DNA of 64,000 nt from Alphaproteobacteria bacterium (GCA_965261735.1 OZ253470.1:4800001-4864000), one strand, 5' to 3'; shown: positions 43,426-55,067, counted from the first letter of the stretch. The notes: generated by a model not told the origin, from the sequence alone. Translations and numbers: made by a program.

Positions 43426-44773
43426 GCAGCTCCTGCGCACGACGACGTTCCGGCTGGCGCTGATCTACCTTGCGCTGTTCGGCGTTTCGGTTGCGGCCCT
43501 TCTCGGGTTTCTCTACTGGACCAGCGCCCGCATCTTCGTGCAACAGACCGACGAGACCATAGGCGCCGAGATTACCGGCCTAGCCGAGCAGTACGAGCGC
43601 CGCGGGCTCGGCGGCTTGCGCGCCATCGTTCAGGAGCGCGGCCGCGACCAGCGCCAGAGCTTGTACCTGCTGGTTGGCCCCGGCAGCGTACCGCTCGCCG
43701 GCAACCTCGATACCTGGCCGGCCGTCGCCACAGGCGCCGGAGGCTGGCTCGACTTCTTTTACCGACGGCCCATGGGGGCGCGCATCGAAACCCATCCTGC
43801 CCGGGGCCGCCACCTCCTGCTCGCCGGCGGGTTCGAGCTGCTGGTCGGGCGCGACGTCCACCAGCGTCGCGAGATCGAGAAGCTTGTAACTGATGCGCTG
43901 ATCTGGGCCGTGGGGCTCACGCTGGTGCTCGGCCTCGCCGGCGGAGTGATCATGAGCCGGGGCGTGTCGCGCCGCCTTCAAGCGATCAACCGGACGAGCC
44001 GGGACATCATGGCAGGCGACCTCAGTCGGCGCGTCGCGGTGCGCGGCGCCGACGACGAGCTCGACCGGCTCGCCCAAAACCTCAACGCCATGCTCGATCA
44101 AATCGAGCGCCTCATGACCGGCATGCGCGAGGTCACCGACAACATCGCCCACGACCTGCGGACCCCGCTCAACCGGCTGCTCGGCCGGCTCGACGTCGCG
44201 TTGAGGGACAAATCGGCGGCGCCCCAATTCCGAAAAACGCTCGAGGATATGACCGCGGAGGTTCAACAAATCCTGGCCACCTTCGATGCCGTGCTCAGCA
44301 TTGCCCGCGTCGAGTCGGGGGCGACGTACGAGATGGCGAGCGTCGATCTCAGTGCCCTCGGGCGCGACTCCGGCGAACTCTATGCACCAGCGGCCGAGGA
44401 CAAGGGCCTGCGTTTCGACGTCGCCGTCGAGGAGGGCCTCGCCGTGCGCGGCGAGCGCCACCTGCTTCAGCACGCGGCCGCCAACCTCCTCGACAACGCC
44501 ATCAAGTACACGCCGGCGGGGGGCGTTGTGACCCTGCGCGTGCGCCGAAGCGGCACCTTCAGCGAGCTCGAGGTCGCCGACAGTGGTCCTGGCATTCCGG
44601 CGGCCGATCGCGAGCGTGTGCTCGAGCGTTTCACACGCTTGGAGGCGAGCCGGAAAAGCCCCGGGGCGGGCCTCGGGCTCAGTCTCGTCAAGGCGGTGGC
44701 CGGCTTGCACGGCGCGGCGCTACGGCTCGAAGACAACGAACCGGGGCTGCGGGTGGTTCTGCGTTTCGGGTGA
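43412..44773 (+). CDS. HAMP-containing sensor histidine kinase
   Basis: Two TMs, IAHDLRTPL, NLLDNAIKY, DSGPGI, GLGLSLV. Confidence 0.95.
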   Translation: MNPTRQLLRTTTFRLALIYLALFGVSVAALLGFLYWTSARIFVQQTDETIGAEITGLAEQYERRGLGGLRAIVQERGRDQRQSLYLLVGPGSVPLAGNLDTWPAVATGAGGWLDFFYRRPMGARIETHPARGRHLLLAGGFELLVGRDVHQRREIEKLVTDALIWAVGLTLVLGLAGGVIMSRGVSRRLQAINRTSRDIMAGDLSRRVAVRGADDELDRLAQNLNAMLDQIERLMTGMREVTDNIAHDLRTPLNRLLGRLDVALRDKSAAPQFRKTLEDMTAEVQQILATFDAVLSIARVESGATYEMASVDLSALGRDSGELYAPAAEDKGLRFDVAVEEGLAVRGERHLLQHAAANLLDNAIKYTPAGGVVTLRVRRSGTFSELEVADSGPGIPAADRERVLERFTRLEASRKSPGAGLGLSLVKAVAGLHGAALRLEDNEPGLRVVLRFG

Positions 44774-44944
44774 CACTCGCGGCCTGCCCCGTGTGCCGAG
44801 CCACGAATGAAAAAATCGTAATCCTCCGGACAGCGCCCCGCCATCGCGGACGCTTACCTTTCTGTGCATGTGAGCGGCAGGAAGGGCGCGACGCGGAGTG
44901 CCGTCTCGCGACCCGCCGCCAGGAACGTGAACGGAGGCATTAGG

Positions 44945-46438
44945 ATGACCAAGCGTCCATCTATCGCAAGGCGCGTACCCAGGGTGCTCGGGGCGGCGCT
45001 CGGCGTCGCCGTGCTCGCCGGCGCCGTGACGACGTTCGTCGTGATCCAGTCGCCGAGCGCGAGCGTGGTGGCGACCGAGCGCGGGGCACCGTTCGCCATG
45101 GTGAACCTCGTCGACGTCATCGGGCGTGTCGGCCCCGCGGTGGTCAGCGTTCAGGTCTCGCGCAAGCCGGCCGCGATGCCCGCGCGAGCGGCCCCAGAAT
45201 TGCCCGAGGGAGCACGCGAGTTCTTCGAGCACTTCTTCGGCCGCGACATGCCGCGGAGCTTCGGCGAGACGCCTCGGCAACGGGACATGCCGCGGGCGAT
45301 GAGCGGCGTCGGCTCTGGATTTCTTATCGACAACCAGGGCCACATCGCCACCAACGATCACGTGGTGCGCGATGCAACCCGGATCACCGTCGTACTCCAG
45401 AACGGCGAGCGCCACGACGCCAAACTTGTGGGCCAAGACGCGCGGACCGACCTCGCGCTGCTCAAGATTGACCCGCCTCGGGATACGCCTCATCTCGCCT
45501 TCGGCGATTCCGACGGGCTGAAGATCGGCGAATGGGTGATCGCCTTGGGCAACCCCTTCGGGCTCGGTCACAGCGCAACGGCTGGGATCGTGTCCGCGCG
45601 CAGCCGCAACCTCGGCGCCGGATCCTACGACGACTTCCTGCAGATCGACGCGCGCATCAACCCCGGCAGTTCCGGCGGCCCCGTGTTCAACGCAGCGGGT
45701 GAAGTCGTCGGCGTCAGCACGGCGATCATCGCGCCGAATGGGGTCAACGTCGGCATCGGTTTTGCCATCCCCTCGGCACAGGCCATGCCCATCCTCGAGC
45801 AGCTTAGGGACGATGGCAGCGTGACCCGCGGCTGGCTCGGCGTCCAGATCCAACCGGTCGATCGCGACATCGCCGACAGCCTGGGCATGGGCGAGGCGAC
45901 CGGGGCCATCGTCGCCAAGGTGACGCCAGAAAGCCCGGCCGAACGTGCCGGCGTCGAGGCCGGCGACGTGATCCTGAAGGTCGGCAGCGAGCGCATCGCC
46001 CACATGCGCGGCCTGCCCTGGCTGATCGCGGGCCTGAAGCCGGGCGCGAAGGCCGAGCTGACGGTCTGGCGTCGGGATGCGGAAATGAAGCTAGCCGTCG
46101 AGATCGGTGACGTGCCGGACACCACCAAGATGGCGGCGCTGAGCGACGCCGATGTTCTCGGTATGCGGCTGGCCGCCAACGAGCCGCGGCCGTCGAGCAC
46201 CGCAGAAGCGGCGACAGGCGTGCTCATCACGGAGGTTCGGCCCGAGAGCGCGGCCGCTAAGACCGGACTTGTCGCCGGGGACATAGTCAATGCCGTCGGC
46301 TACGAGCGTGTCAACCGGCCCGCCGACGTCGTCGATGCCATCGAGGCGGCGCACCAACTGAACCGCAAAGCCGTGCTGCTGCTCGTCATGCGCGACGGGC
46401 AGGAGCGGTTCGTGGCCTTGCCACTGAGCGACGCCTGA
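44945..46438 (+). CDS. degP: DegP/DegQ periplasmic serine protease with two PDZ domains
   Basis: GSGF, TNDHVV, DLALL, INPGSSGGP, RGWLGVQIQ. Confidence 0.9.
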   Translation: MTKRPSIARRVPRVLGAALGVAVLAGAVTTFVVIQSPSASVVATERGAPFAMVNLVDVIGRVGPAVVSVQVSRKPAAMPARAAPELPEGAREFFEHFFGRDMPRSFGETPRQRDMPRAMSGVGSGFLIDNQGHIATNDHVVRDATRITVVLQNGERHDAKLVGQDARTDLALLKIDPPRDTPHLAFGDSDGLKIGEWVIALGNPFGLGHSATAGIVSARSRNLGAGSYDDFLQIDARINPGSSGGPVFNAAGEVVGVSTAIIAPNGVNVGIGFAIPSAQAMPILEQLRDDGSVTRGWLGVQIQPVDRDIADSLGMGEATGAIVAKVTPESPAERAGVEAGDVILKVGSERIAHMRGLPWLIAGLKPGAKAELTVWRRDAEMKLAVEIGDVPDTTKMAALSDADVLGMRLAANEPRPSSTAEAATGVLITEVRPESAAAKTGLVAGDIVNAVGYERVNRPADVVDAIEAAHQLNRKAVLLLVMRDGQERFVALPLSDA

Positions 46439-46456
46439 GCAAGGGAGCGAGGAGGA

Positions 46457-46490
46457 GCCGGCGTCCCCGCCGCGCGGCCGGGGCGCCGGC
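46457..46490. terminator. GC-rich hairpin between convergent genes
   Basis: GCCGGCGTCCCC...GGGGCGCCGGC; no clear U-tract. Confidence 0.35.
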
Positions 46491-46503
46491 CTACTTGTGC
46501 CTA

Positions 46504-47241
46504 TTAGAGATTTGCAACGCCGTCGCCGGGCAGCTCGAACAGTCCCTCGGGGAGCGTGGCGACGTAGGGTAGCACTTCGTTGCTGGCGACCACGTCGGCG
46601 TACTTGGCGTTCATGTCGAGCAGGTTGATCGCGTGCTCGACCACGGTCCGGTCGAAGCACGCGTCCTCCACGACGATACAGCGAAAGTTGTAGCTGAACG
46701 CATCGATCACCGCGGCGCGCACGCAGCCGCTCGTCGAGGTGCCGCAAACGAGCAGGCTGTCGACCTTGAGCTTGATCAGGTGATCGAGCAGCGCGGTGCC
46801 GTGGAAGGGGCTCGGCTTCTGCTTGCGGACGACGATGTCGCGCGGCGCCGGTGCGATCTCGGCAACGATCTCGTTGCCCTTGGCCTCGCGCTCGGGATCC
46901 TCGCTCATGCGCCCGTGCTTGTGGGCCCAGCCACCGAGATCGAAGCCGTCGCGGCGGAACTCGTTGGTCGAATAGATGACGGGAAGCCCCTTGCTACGGC
47001 ACGCCGCGAGCAGCTTTTGGATGACCTCGATGGCAATCCAGCCCTCCTCGCCGCAGGCGTTCGGCCAGCGTTTGATAGCGTCGAAGATCGGCTCGGGCCG
47101 GTCGCCGGCGAAGTTGTAACTCACATCGATAATGAACAAAGCCGGACGCCCCAGGAAGCCAGCGCGCTGGCCGTAGCCGGCAGCCTCGAGCACGTGCCTA
47201 TCGCGCTCGGACAGGAAGGGGTCCCAGATTCGCTCGCCCAT
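46504..47241 (-). CDS. Isochorismatase family hydrolase (maleamate amidohydrolase/N-carbamoylsarcosine amidase-like)
   Basis: PALFIID, KQKPSPF, GTSTSGCVRA. Confidence 0.88.
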   Translation of the reverse strand: MGERIWDPFLSERDRHVLEAAGYGQRAGFLGRPALFIIDVSYNFAGDRPEPIFDAIKRWPNACGEEGWIAIEVIQKLLAACRSKGLPVIYSTNEFRRDGFDLGGWAHKHGRMSEDPEREAKGNEIVAEIAPAPRDIVVRKQKPSPFHGTALLDHLIKLKVDSLLVCGTSTSGCVRAAVIDAFSYNFRCIVVEDACFDRTVVEHAINLLDMNAKYADVVASNEVLPYVATLPEGLFELPGDGVANL

Positions 47242-47368
47242 GACCGGCCTCCGTTCGCGGGTAGCACAAGGATAGACCGGCCCCAGCCGGTGTCCAGCGC
47301 GCGGTGACGGCAAAGCGTTTACCGGGGGCGATGATGCGCGTACTGTTTGCGCAACCCAGGGGGACGAC

Positions 47369-48835
47369 ATGGCGCTGGATTCAGCCCAGATTCGCGAACA
47401 GCTTGGCCACCCGGTCATCGACGGCGACGGCCATCTCATCGAAGTCGGCCCCGTGCTCCTCGACTATCTGAAGCAGGTCGGCGGCAAAGACCTCGCCGAG
47501 CGCTACGCCGGTGTGATCAGCAAGAAGGGCGGCGCGTTCTATCGCTGGTACCGGCTGACGCCCGAGGAGCGCCGGCACTATCGTGTCGGCCGCCCGCCGT
47601 TCTGGGTGGTGCCGACGGCCAATACGCCCGACCGCGCCGCAGCCATGATGCCGGCCCTGCTAAGCGAGCGGCTCGACGAGTTCGGTATCGATTTCTCGCT
47701 CCTTTATCCGACCGAGGGGTTGATCGTTATCCGGCTCGAGGACGCGGAGCTGCGCGCCGCGGCGGCGCGCGCCATCAACATGATGAACGCAGAGCTGTTC
47801 GCGCCGCACGGCGCGCGTCTTGCGCCGGCTGCGATCATCCCCATGCACACGCCCGAGGAGGCGATCGCCGAGCTCGACTTCGCCATCGGCGAGCTCGGCC
47901 TCAAGGTCGCGATGGTCTCGGGCACGGTGCGGCGCGGTTATCCCGATTCGAACGATGCCCGCGCCTACTGGATCGATGCGCTGGCGCTCGACGGTGCCCA
48001 CGACTACGACCCGGTGTGGCAGAAGTGCATCGATCTCGGCGTCGCGGCGACGACTCATGCCGTCAGCCTGGGATGGGTTACCCGCTCCTCGGTATCGAAC
48101 TACATGTACAACCACCTCGGTCACTTCGCCGCGGCCGGCGAGACCTTCTGCAAGGCGCTGTTCCTGGGCGGGGTGACGCGGCGCTTTCCGGCGCTCAAGT
48201 TCGGCTTCCTCGAGTGCGGCGTGGGCTGGGCCGCGAGCCTGTACAACGACCTCATCGGCCACTGGGAGAAGCGCAATTTGGGCGCGCTCAAGGCGAATCT
48301 GGACCCCGCGCTCGTCGACCGCGCCGCCTTCGCCGACCTCATTGTGCGCTACGGCGATGAGCGCGTGCGCGCCAAGCTCGAATACTTGCGCGAGCGCGAC
48401 GGCATCTTCCTCGACCAGGTGGCCGAGAACGAGGACGAGCTCGACGAGTGGGCGGCGTGCGCGATCGAGCGCGCGCAAGACATCCACGACCTCTTCGTGC
48501 CCAACTTCTACTTCGGCTGCGAGGCCGACGATCCGATGACGGCGGTCGCCTTCAACGCCCGGGTCAACCGCTTCGGTGCCCGGCTCAAGGCGATCATGAG
48601 CTCGGACATCGGCCACTGGGACGTGCCCGATGCGCGCGCCGTGCTCGTCGAGGCCTGGGAGCTCGTGGAGGACGGGGTGCTGAGCGAGGCCGACTTCCGC
48701 GACTTCACCTTCGCCAACCCGGCCGAGCTGCACAGCACGATGAACCCGGACTTCTTCGCCGGCACCGCGGTCGCCGACGCCGTCGCCAAGCTCCGGGCCG
48801 AGGCCCCCGGGGGCCTGCGCGCCGCCGGAGAGTGA
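47369..48835 (+). CDS. Amidohydrolase_2 family metal-dependent hydrolase
   Basis: IDGDGH, LYPTEG, YDPVW, FLECGVGW, GCEADD, SSDIGHWD. Confidence 0.85.
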   Translation: MALDSAQIREQLGHPVIDGDGHLIEVGPVLLDYLKQVGGKDLAERYAGVISKKGGAFYRWYRLTPEERRHYRVGRPPFWVVPTANTPDRAAAMMPALLSERLDEFGIDFSLLYPTEGLIVIRLEDAELRAAAARAINMMNAELFAPHGARLAPAAIIPMHTPEEAIAELDFAIGELGLKVAMVSGTVRRGYPDSNDARAYWIDALALDGAHDYDPVWQKCIDLGVAATTHAVSLGWVTRSSVSNYMYNHLGHFAAAGETFCKALFLGGVTRRFPALKFGFLECGVGWAASLYNDLIGHWEKRNLGALKANLDPALVDRAAFADLIVRYGDERVRAKLEYLRERDGIFLDQVAENEDELDEWAACAIERAQDIHDLFVPNFYFGCEADDPMTAVAFNARVNRFGARLKAIMSSDIGHWDVPDARAVLVEAWELVEDGVLSEADFRDFTFANPAELHSTMNPDFFAGTAVADAVAKLRAEAPGGLRAAGE

Positions 48836-48848
48836 GAAGCCGCCCGGC

Positions 48849-50090
48849 TCAGGCGCCGCGTATCGGGTCTACCGCCCGGGTCATCGGCGCCGCGATAAGC
48901 GCGGAGGCAAAGACGATGTAGCCGGCGCTCGCCGCCGCGATCGTCGCCATCGACACGTCGAGATCGATCAGCCAGCCGATAGCGCCGGGCGAGAGTGCGC
49001 TCGCGAAGACGGTCAGCGCCCAGGCCATCGAACGGATCGCGCCGAGGTGGACGACGCCGTATATCTCCGCCCACACCGCGCCGAGCACGGTCACGCTCAA
49101 GCCGCCGCCGATCCCGAAAAGAATGAGATAGAGAAGCACGGTCGCGGGGTGCGAGAGAGTCGCGATCAAGACCATGCCGAGCGCCATCGGTATCAGGAAG
49201 TACGGCAGCACTCGAAGGGCTCCGAAGCGGTCGACCAGGGGGCCAGCGGCGAGCAAGGTCGCCACCATGGCGGCCGCGAAGGCAACGAAACCGATCGCGA
49301 CCAGCGTCAGGCTCCACCCCTTGGACTGGGCGAGATGAACCTGGTGAAAGAAGAACGCGGTCATGATGAAGGGCTGCGCCATCACCGCCGGCAGGAGGCG
49401 ATAGAAGCGCCCGTCCCGTAACACCTCGGGCCGCGTCCATTCGTGATGCTCCGCGGTCCCGCGTGGCGTGTCGGCGGCGGCTCGTTGCTGGAAGCGGCGA
49501 TGGCGCTCCCCGTGGCCCTTGAGCGTCCACAGCACGAGGGGCACGACAAGGACACCGAGTCCAATGCCGATCACCGCCCATGCGCCACGCCATCCCACGA
49601 GTGCGATCAACGATACCGTCGCGAGGGGGAAGACCGCGTTGCCCAACGAATGGCCGAGCGAGGCGATGCTGAGGGCCTTGCCGCGGCCGCTATCGAAGTA
49701 GCGTGCCATGCTCGTCACCGAGGCGTGGCTCATGATCCCCTGTCCGGTAAGGCGCAGGCCGTAGATGGCGACGAACAGGACGACCGTCGAGGTCATACCC
49801 GCCATGAGTAGACAGGCAAGGGCGAGCCCGGCACACGCGAGAGCGCTGTACAGGCGCAGGTCGACGACGTCGATAAGGCGCCCGAGCCACACCAGGCTTG
49901 CGGCGCTGGCCAGGGTCGCGGCCGAATAGACGCCGCCGAATTCGCCGTGCGAGAGCGAAAAGGTGGCGCGTATTTCGGCACCGAACAGCGCGACGAAGTA
50001 GGTTTGGCCAAAGCTCGCAAAGAAGGCGAGCGACAGGCCGAAGGCGAGAAACCGACGGTTCTCGATAACGAACGCAAAGTAGCTCAGCAC
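48849..50090 (-). CDS. MFS transporter
   Basis: About 12 hydrophobic segments; SFGQTYF, GRLID, GPLVDRFG. Confidence 0.9.
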   Translation of the reverse strand: MLSYFAFVIENRRFLAFGLSLAFFASFGQTYFVALFGAEIRATFSLSHGEFGGVYSAATLASAASLVWLGRLIDVVDLRLYSALACAGLALACLLMAGMTSTVVLFVAIYGLRLTGQGIMSHASVTSMARYFDSGRGKALSIASLGHSLGNAVFPLATVSLIALVGWRGAWAVIGIGLGVLVVPLVLWTLKGHGERHRRFQQRAAADTPRGTAEHHEWTRPEVLRDGRFYRLLPAVMAQPFIMTAFFFHQVHLAQSKGWSLTLVAIGFVAFAAAMVATLLAAGPLVDRFGALRVLPYFLIPMALGMVLIATLSHPATVLLYLILFGIGGGLSVTVLGAVWAEIYGVVHLGAIRSMAWALTVFASALSPGAIGWLIDLDVSMATIAAASAGYIVFASALIAAPMTRAVDPIRGA

Positions 50091-50222
50091 CGAAATCTCC
50101 CGCCGGCGCGGCGCCGCGCTAGGATGTATAGCACGTGAAGTAGCGGCCCGATTGGTCGAGGAAAATGACGAAGATTCGCCAGTTCAACATCACCCACGTG
50201 CCAGAGGAGGACCGCCTGCTAC

Positions 50223-51656
50223 GATCGTGTCCCGCGGAGTGGTGTAAGAGCGTTGCGCTCTACGCGGCTCCCGGCGGGTAGGGCCGGGACGTTCAGGCTG
50301 CCACGGTGGGCAGCGTGATGGGGACACCATCGCTCAGCGGAGCGATGGATTCCAGCGTCATGTATCTCCTTGAGACGGCCCACTCGTCGTTCTGCTCGAG
50401 AAGGATGGCGCCGACGAGCCGTGTGATGGCGGCTTCGTTGGGAAAGATACCGACGACGTTGGTGCGACGCTTGACCTCGGCATGGAGCCGTTCGATCGGG
50501 TTTGTGGAGTGCAATTTCTGGCGGTGCTCCCTGGGGAAGCTCATGTAGGCGAGGACGTCGTGCTCGGCTTCGTCCATGAGAACTGCCAGCTTGGGCACCT
50601 TGGGCCTGAGCTGGTCGGCGACCTGGCGCCACTGGACCTTCGCGCTGTCGGCGTCCTCCTGGGCGAAGGCGGAGACGACGCGCCGGCCCTGGCGGCCGGC
50701 ATGGGCCAGCAGGTTGCGGGCGAAGTGCACGCGGCAGCGCTGCCATGTGGCGCCGAGGATCCGGGTCGCGGCGGCCTTCAGGCCCTTGTGGTCGTCGGAG
50801 ATCACCAGCTTCACGCCGCGCAGCCCGCGCCGGGCCAGCGAGCGCAGGAACTCGGTCCAGAAGGTCTCGGCCTCCGACGCGCCGATCGCCACGCCCAGGA
50901 CCTCGCGGCGGCCTTGGTCGTTGACGGCCACAGCCACGGTCACCGCGACCGAGACGATGCGTCCGGTCTGGCGCACCTTCACGTAGGTGGCGTCGAGCCA
51001 CAGATAGGGCCAGTCGCCCTCCAGCGGTCGATCGAGGAAGCCGGTGACCTTATCGTCGATCTCGCCGCACAGCCTGGAGACCTGGCTCTTGGAGGCGCCC
51101 GACATCCCCATCGCCTGAACCAGATCGTCGACCGAGCGGGTCGACACCCCCTGGATGTAGGCCTCCTGGATCACCGCAGCCAGCGCCTTCTCGGCCATCC
51201 GCCGCGGCTCCAGGAAGCCCGGGAAGTAGCTTCCCTTCCTCAGCTTCGGGATCTTCAGCTCGACCGTGCCGGCCCGCGTCTCCCAGGACCGGTCGCGGTA
51301 GCCGTTGCGATGGGTGATACGATCCGCCGAGCGCTCGCCGTGCCCGGCGCCGGTCAGGCCCTCAACCTCCAGTGCCATCAGCCGCTCGGCCGTGAAGCCG
51401 ATCATCTCGCAAAGCAGATCGGCATCGGAGCTCTTCTCCAAAAGCGCGCGCAGGGTCATCATGTCCTGGGTCATCGTGGTTCTCCTTCGGGTCAGGTTGG
51501 TTTGCACTAGCCCAACCCTAAACCGGAACCGCGATGGCCTCCGCTGTGGATAGCCGGCTTGCCTACGCCAGACTCTCGGCGGTCGCTACGGCAAGCCGCC
51601 TACCCACAGCTACCAGAGGCTCCAACAACTCCTACACCACGTCCTGGGACACGACC
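50223..51656 (-). mobile_element. IS256 family element A, 1434 bp
   Basis: IRs GATCGTGTCCCG..GTGGTGTA / TACACCAC..GGGACACGACC; TSD CCTGCTAC at 50215-50222 and 51657-51664. Confidence 0.95.
50293..51474 (-). CDS. IS256 transposase
   Basis: [42 protein letters not shown]. Confidence 0.93.
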   Translation of the reverse strand: MTQDMMTLRALLEKSSDADLLCEMIGFTAERLMALEVEGLTGAGHGERSADRITHRNGYRDRSWETRAGTVELKIPKLRKGSYFPGFLEPRRMAEKALAAVIQEAYIQGVSTRSVDDLVQAMGMSGASKSQVSRLCGEIDDKVTGFLDRPLEGDWPYLWLDATYVKVRQTGRIVSVAVTVAVAVNDQGRREVLGVAIGASEAETFWTEFLRSLARRGLRGVKLVISDDHKGLKAAATRILGATWQRCRVHFARNLLAHAGRQGRRVVSAFAQEDADSAKVQWRQVADQLRPKVPKLAVLMDEAEHDVLAYMSFPREHRQKLHSTNPIERLHAEVKRRTNVVGIFPNEAAITRLVGAILLEQNDEWAVSRRYMTLESIAPLSDGVPITLPTVAA

Positions 51657-52008
51657 CCTGCTACTGCGCCTGAACACGACCGATCGAAGCGAGTTCCGGC
51701 TGTGGCTGACGCGCCGCATGGCCAAGGTGCTCGGTGCGCGGCTCGGTGCGCTTGTCGCCGCGCACCCACAGGTGGCCCGCCAGGCCCATGCCGCCGCGCG
51801 CCAGGCGGTGGCCTCGTTTCAGCGCGAGAGCGCGGTCGCGCGGACCGACTTCTCACGGCCCTACGAGGAAGCCAAGCATGCGCGACCGCTCGGCGAAGAG
51901 CCGATTCTGGTGACGAAGGTTGGTGTCGCGACCGCGGACGACGGCACGCACAGGGTGACGTTTGCGCCGGCCAAGGGTCAGGAGATCACCCTCAACCTGA
52001 ATGCCCAA

Positions 52009-53403
52009 GGCTGTGTCTCGAAAGTGGTGGAAATTTGAGGATGGCGTAATCTCCGGGTGACAAGACAACCACCCAATCGGCGGCTAGCACCGCCAAGGAG
52101 ATCACGCCATGAAGAACACTACCGAGACTTCCGCGCTTTCGCTACTGGCCAATGACGCCGGCTATGATCCGTTCGAGGACCGGCTGCGGGAGAACATCAG
52201 ATCCACGATCGAGGCCGTTTTTGAGGAGGAACTTGCGCAGTTTCTCGGGCGCTGCCGATACGGTCGAGAGGACGCGCTTCGGCAAGGGTATCGGAACGGG
52301 CACCGGGAGCGGCAACTGACGGGGACATTCGGGACCGAGAGGGTGAGCGTGCCGCGTGCGCGGATCGTTGAGGAAGACGGTCGGGCGTCGGAATGGCGTT
52401 CGCGGGCGCTGCCGCGCTACCAGCGGCTGACCAGAAAGGCCGAGGCGCTGATCGCTTCGGTGTATCTGTCCGGAACCAACACGCGGCGGGTGAAACGCGC
52501 GCTGTTCGGGCTCTTCCGGGGTGCTGTGAGCAAGGACGTTGTGAGCCGGGCGTGGCGCAAGGTGAAGGTCGATTGGGACGCCTGGTGCAGCCGTGGCCTC
52601 GCGGATGAGGATATCGTTCGGCTGATCCTTGACGGCACTGTGATCAAGATCCGACTGGACCGCAAGGCCACCAACATCTCGGTTCTCGCGGCTATAGGGG
52701 TGCGCCGGGATGGCCAGAAGGTCTTGCTTTCGATCGGGAATATGGGCGGAGAAAGCCAGGCGGCGTGGCGCCAGTTCCTCGACGACCTTGATGCGCGTGG
52801 ACTGAAACGGCCCGGGTTTGTCATCGTCGATGGCGCGCCGGGACTGGAGGCGGCTCTGTCGGCGCTTTGGGGCGATGACCTTCCCGTTCAACGCTGCACC
52901 GTGCACAAGCACCGCAACCTTCTGGGTCATGCTCCCAAACACATGCATGACGAGCTGAGCGAAGATTACCGCGATATGATCTATGCTGACACTGCCTCCG
53001 AGGTGGAAACCCGCCGCAAGGCGTTTGTCCGCAAGTGGCGGCTGAAATGCAGGGCCGTCGCGGACAGCCTCGCAGAAGCGGGCGACAAGCTCTTTACCTT
53101 CAACGCGCCTGTCCAAGAGCCAATGGAAATCAGCCCGAACGACCAACGCCATTGAGCGTCTCAACGAGGAGTTCAAGCGCCGGATCAAAACACAGACCGT
53201 GCTGCCGTGTCCCGAAACAGTGCCGATGCTCCTCTGGGCGCTCCTCGCTTCCGGCCAAATCCAGATGCGCAAAGTCGATGGATGGGAAACCCTCGATCAG
53301 CTAATCGCCGACGAAACCCTTGACCGCGCGGCCTGACCGCCGCAAAACTCAACCCGCTCGGAGAGGCGCCAAAACCAATTTCCACCACTTTCGAGACACA
53401 ACC
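52009..53403 (+). mobile_element. IS256 family element B, 1395 bp
   Basis: 27-bp IR GGCTGTGTCTCGAAAGTGGTGGAAATT (1 mismatch); TSD ATGCCCAA at 52001-52008 and 53404-53411. Confidence 0.95.
52109..53336 (+). pseudogene. IS256 transposase with a +1 frameshift near 53102
   Basis: LILDGT, VDGAPG, QRCTVH; shifted frame continues SQWKSARTTNAIERLNEE. Confidence 0.85.
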
Positions 53404-53558
53404 ATGCCCAATACCTGCACTCGTTCTGCCACGTGCTTGCGAGTGCCGCGCGTCGCGCCGACTGGGACCTGAACCTCGAGTTGCGCCCGGCGATCTCACC
53501 CCAAGCGGCAGCGCCCGAACGGCTGATGTAGAGCGGTCACGCCGCGCGCCGGCGGTGC

Positions 53559-55067
53559 CTAGAAGATCCCATCATCGTTGGGCTCGCTCGGATTCAGCGT
53601 CGCCGCATCGACCTGGACGTTGAGCGCGCCGACGTCGTCTGGCGCCAGATCCGGCAGGCGCTGAGCGAGGTCGAGGAAGCGGGCGCTCTCGGCGGGCGTA
53701 ATCAGGCTCTCGGTCAGGGCCTGGAACTTGCCGACATACGCGTCGCGGCCGAAAGGGCGGGCGCCGAGCGGGTGCGCGTCGGCGACCGCGAGCTCCTCGG
53801 CGACCGTGCGGCCGTCGCGCATGCGTATTTCCGCCCGGCCGCCAAAGGCGCGCCGGCTCGGGTCGGTCTCGTGGTAGCGCCGCGTCCACTCGGCATCCTC
53901 GAGCGTGCGCACTTTGTGCCATAGCCGCACCGTGTCGGGCCGCGCCGCGCGCTCGGGCGCGTACGAATCGACGTGATGCCAGGTGCCGTCCTGCAGGGCG
54001 ACGGCGAAGATGTACATGAGGCTATGGTCGAGCGTCTCGCGGCTCGCCGCGGGGTCCATCTTCTGCGGGTCGTTGGCGCCGGTGCCGATGATCATGTGGG
54101 TGTGGTTACTCGTGTGGAGGCTGACGCCGTCGATCGCCTCGAGGTCGCCGACTTTGCCGCGCAACGCACGCGCGAGGTCGATGAAGGCCTGGGCCTGGAC
54201 CTCGGCCGAGTACTCCTTGGTGTAGGTCTCGAGGATCGCGCGCCGCGGCTCGCCGGGCTCGGGAAGCGGCACCTGGTATAGCGCGTCCAGGCCATCGAGC
54301 AGCCAGGCGATGAGGCTGTCGTCGCCCTCGTAGATGGGTGCCGGCGAGGTTTCGCCGCGCATGGCGCGGTCCACCGCCTCGACGGCGAGCTTGCCGACGT
54401 GGGCGGGCGCCGACGCCTTCCAGCTCGAGATCTCGCCCTTGCGCGACTGGCGCGTCGCGTTGGCCACGTGCACCGCGTGTTGCACCGCCTGCTGGATAAT
54501 CTCGGGCGCGAGGCCGAGGAGGGCGCCGATACCCGCCGTCGCCGAAGCGCCGAGGTGGGTCACATGATCGATCTTGTGGCTGTGCAGGTCGATCCCCTTG
54601 CATAGATCGACCTGGATCTCGTAGGCGGTGAGGATCCCGCGCAGGAGATCGGCACCGCTTCTGTTGCACTGCTGCGCCACGGCGATCAGCGGCGGGATGT
54701 TGTCGCCAGGATGGCCCATATCGATGGCCAGGAACGTATCGTGGAAATCGAGCTCGCGCACCGCCGTCCCGTTGGCCCAGGCCGCCCATTCGGCGCTGTA
54801 ACGGCGCTCGTTGGCGACACCGAACAGGGTGGCGCCGCCGGCGCGCGCATGGGCGAGGGCCTGGGCTCGTGCATTGGCCGGCGGGCGGCGATTGAGGGCG
54901 GCGGTCGCGACCGAGGCGTTGTCGATGATGCGGTTCGCCACCATGGCCGCCGCGGCATCGTCGATGGGCGCCGAATCGGCCGCGACCTCGGCGATCTTCC
55001 ACGCCAGCTGCTGCTCGCGGGGCAGCGCCGCGGCGGACGGGTAAACGCGTACTTCGTGGAGCTTCAT
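53559..55067 (-). CDS. prpD: MmgE/PrpD family protein (2-methylcitrate dehydratase-like)
   Basis: [38 protein letters not shown]. Confidence 0.85.
   Translation of the reverse strand: MKLHEVRVYPSAAALPREQQLAWKIAEVAADSAPIDDAAAAMVANRIIDNASVATAALNRRPPANARAQALAHARAGGATLFGVANERRYSAEWAAWANGTAVRELDFHDTFLAIDMGHPGDNIPPLIAVAQQCNRSGADLLRGILTAYEIQVDLCKGIDLHSHKIDHVTHLGASATAGIGALLGLAPEIIQQAVQHAVHVANATRQSRKGEISSWKASAPAHVGKLAVEAVDRAMRGETSPAPIYEGDDSLIAWLLDGLDALYQVPLPEPGEPRRAILETYTKEYSAEVQAQAFIDLARALRGKVGDLEAIDGVSLHTSNHTHMIIGTGANDPQKMDPAASRETLDHSLMYIFAVALQDGTWHHVDSYAPERAARPDTVRLWHKVRTLEDAEWTRRYHETDPSRRAFGGRAEIRMRDGRTVAEELAVADAHPLGARPFGRDAYVGKFQALTESLITPAESARFLDLAQRLPDLAPDDVGALNVQVDAATLNPSEPNDDGIF

Larger units (their letters stand above)
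50165..53531 (+). pseudogene. 173-aa conserved hypothetical gene split by two IS256 insertions (50165-50222, 51665-52008, 53412-53531)
   Basis: Removing both elements and one copy of each TSD gives an open frame MTKIRQFNITHVPEEDRLLLRLNT..WLTRR..NAQYLHSFCH..ERLM*. Confidence 0.88.

Noticed and set aside
44807-44822. ATGAAAAAATCGTAAT as a response-regulator site upstream of degP
   Set aside because: AT-rich and suggestive, but no clear direct repeat could be established
39683-50000. tRNA-Ser as attachment site of an integrated element
   Set aside because: No integrase and no repeat of the tRNA 3' end seen downstream; GC is unchanged
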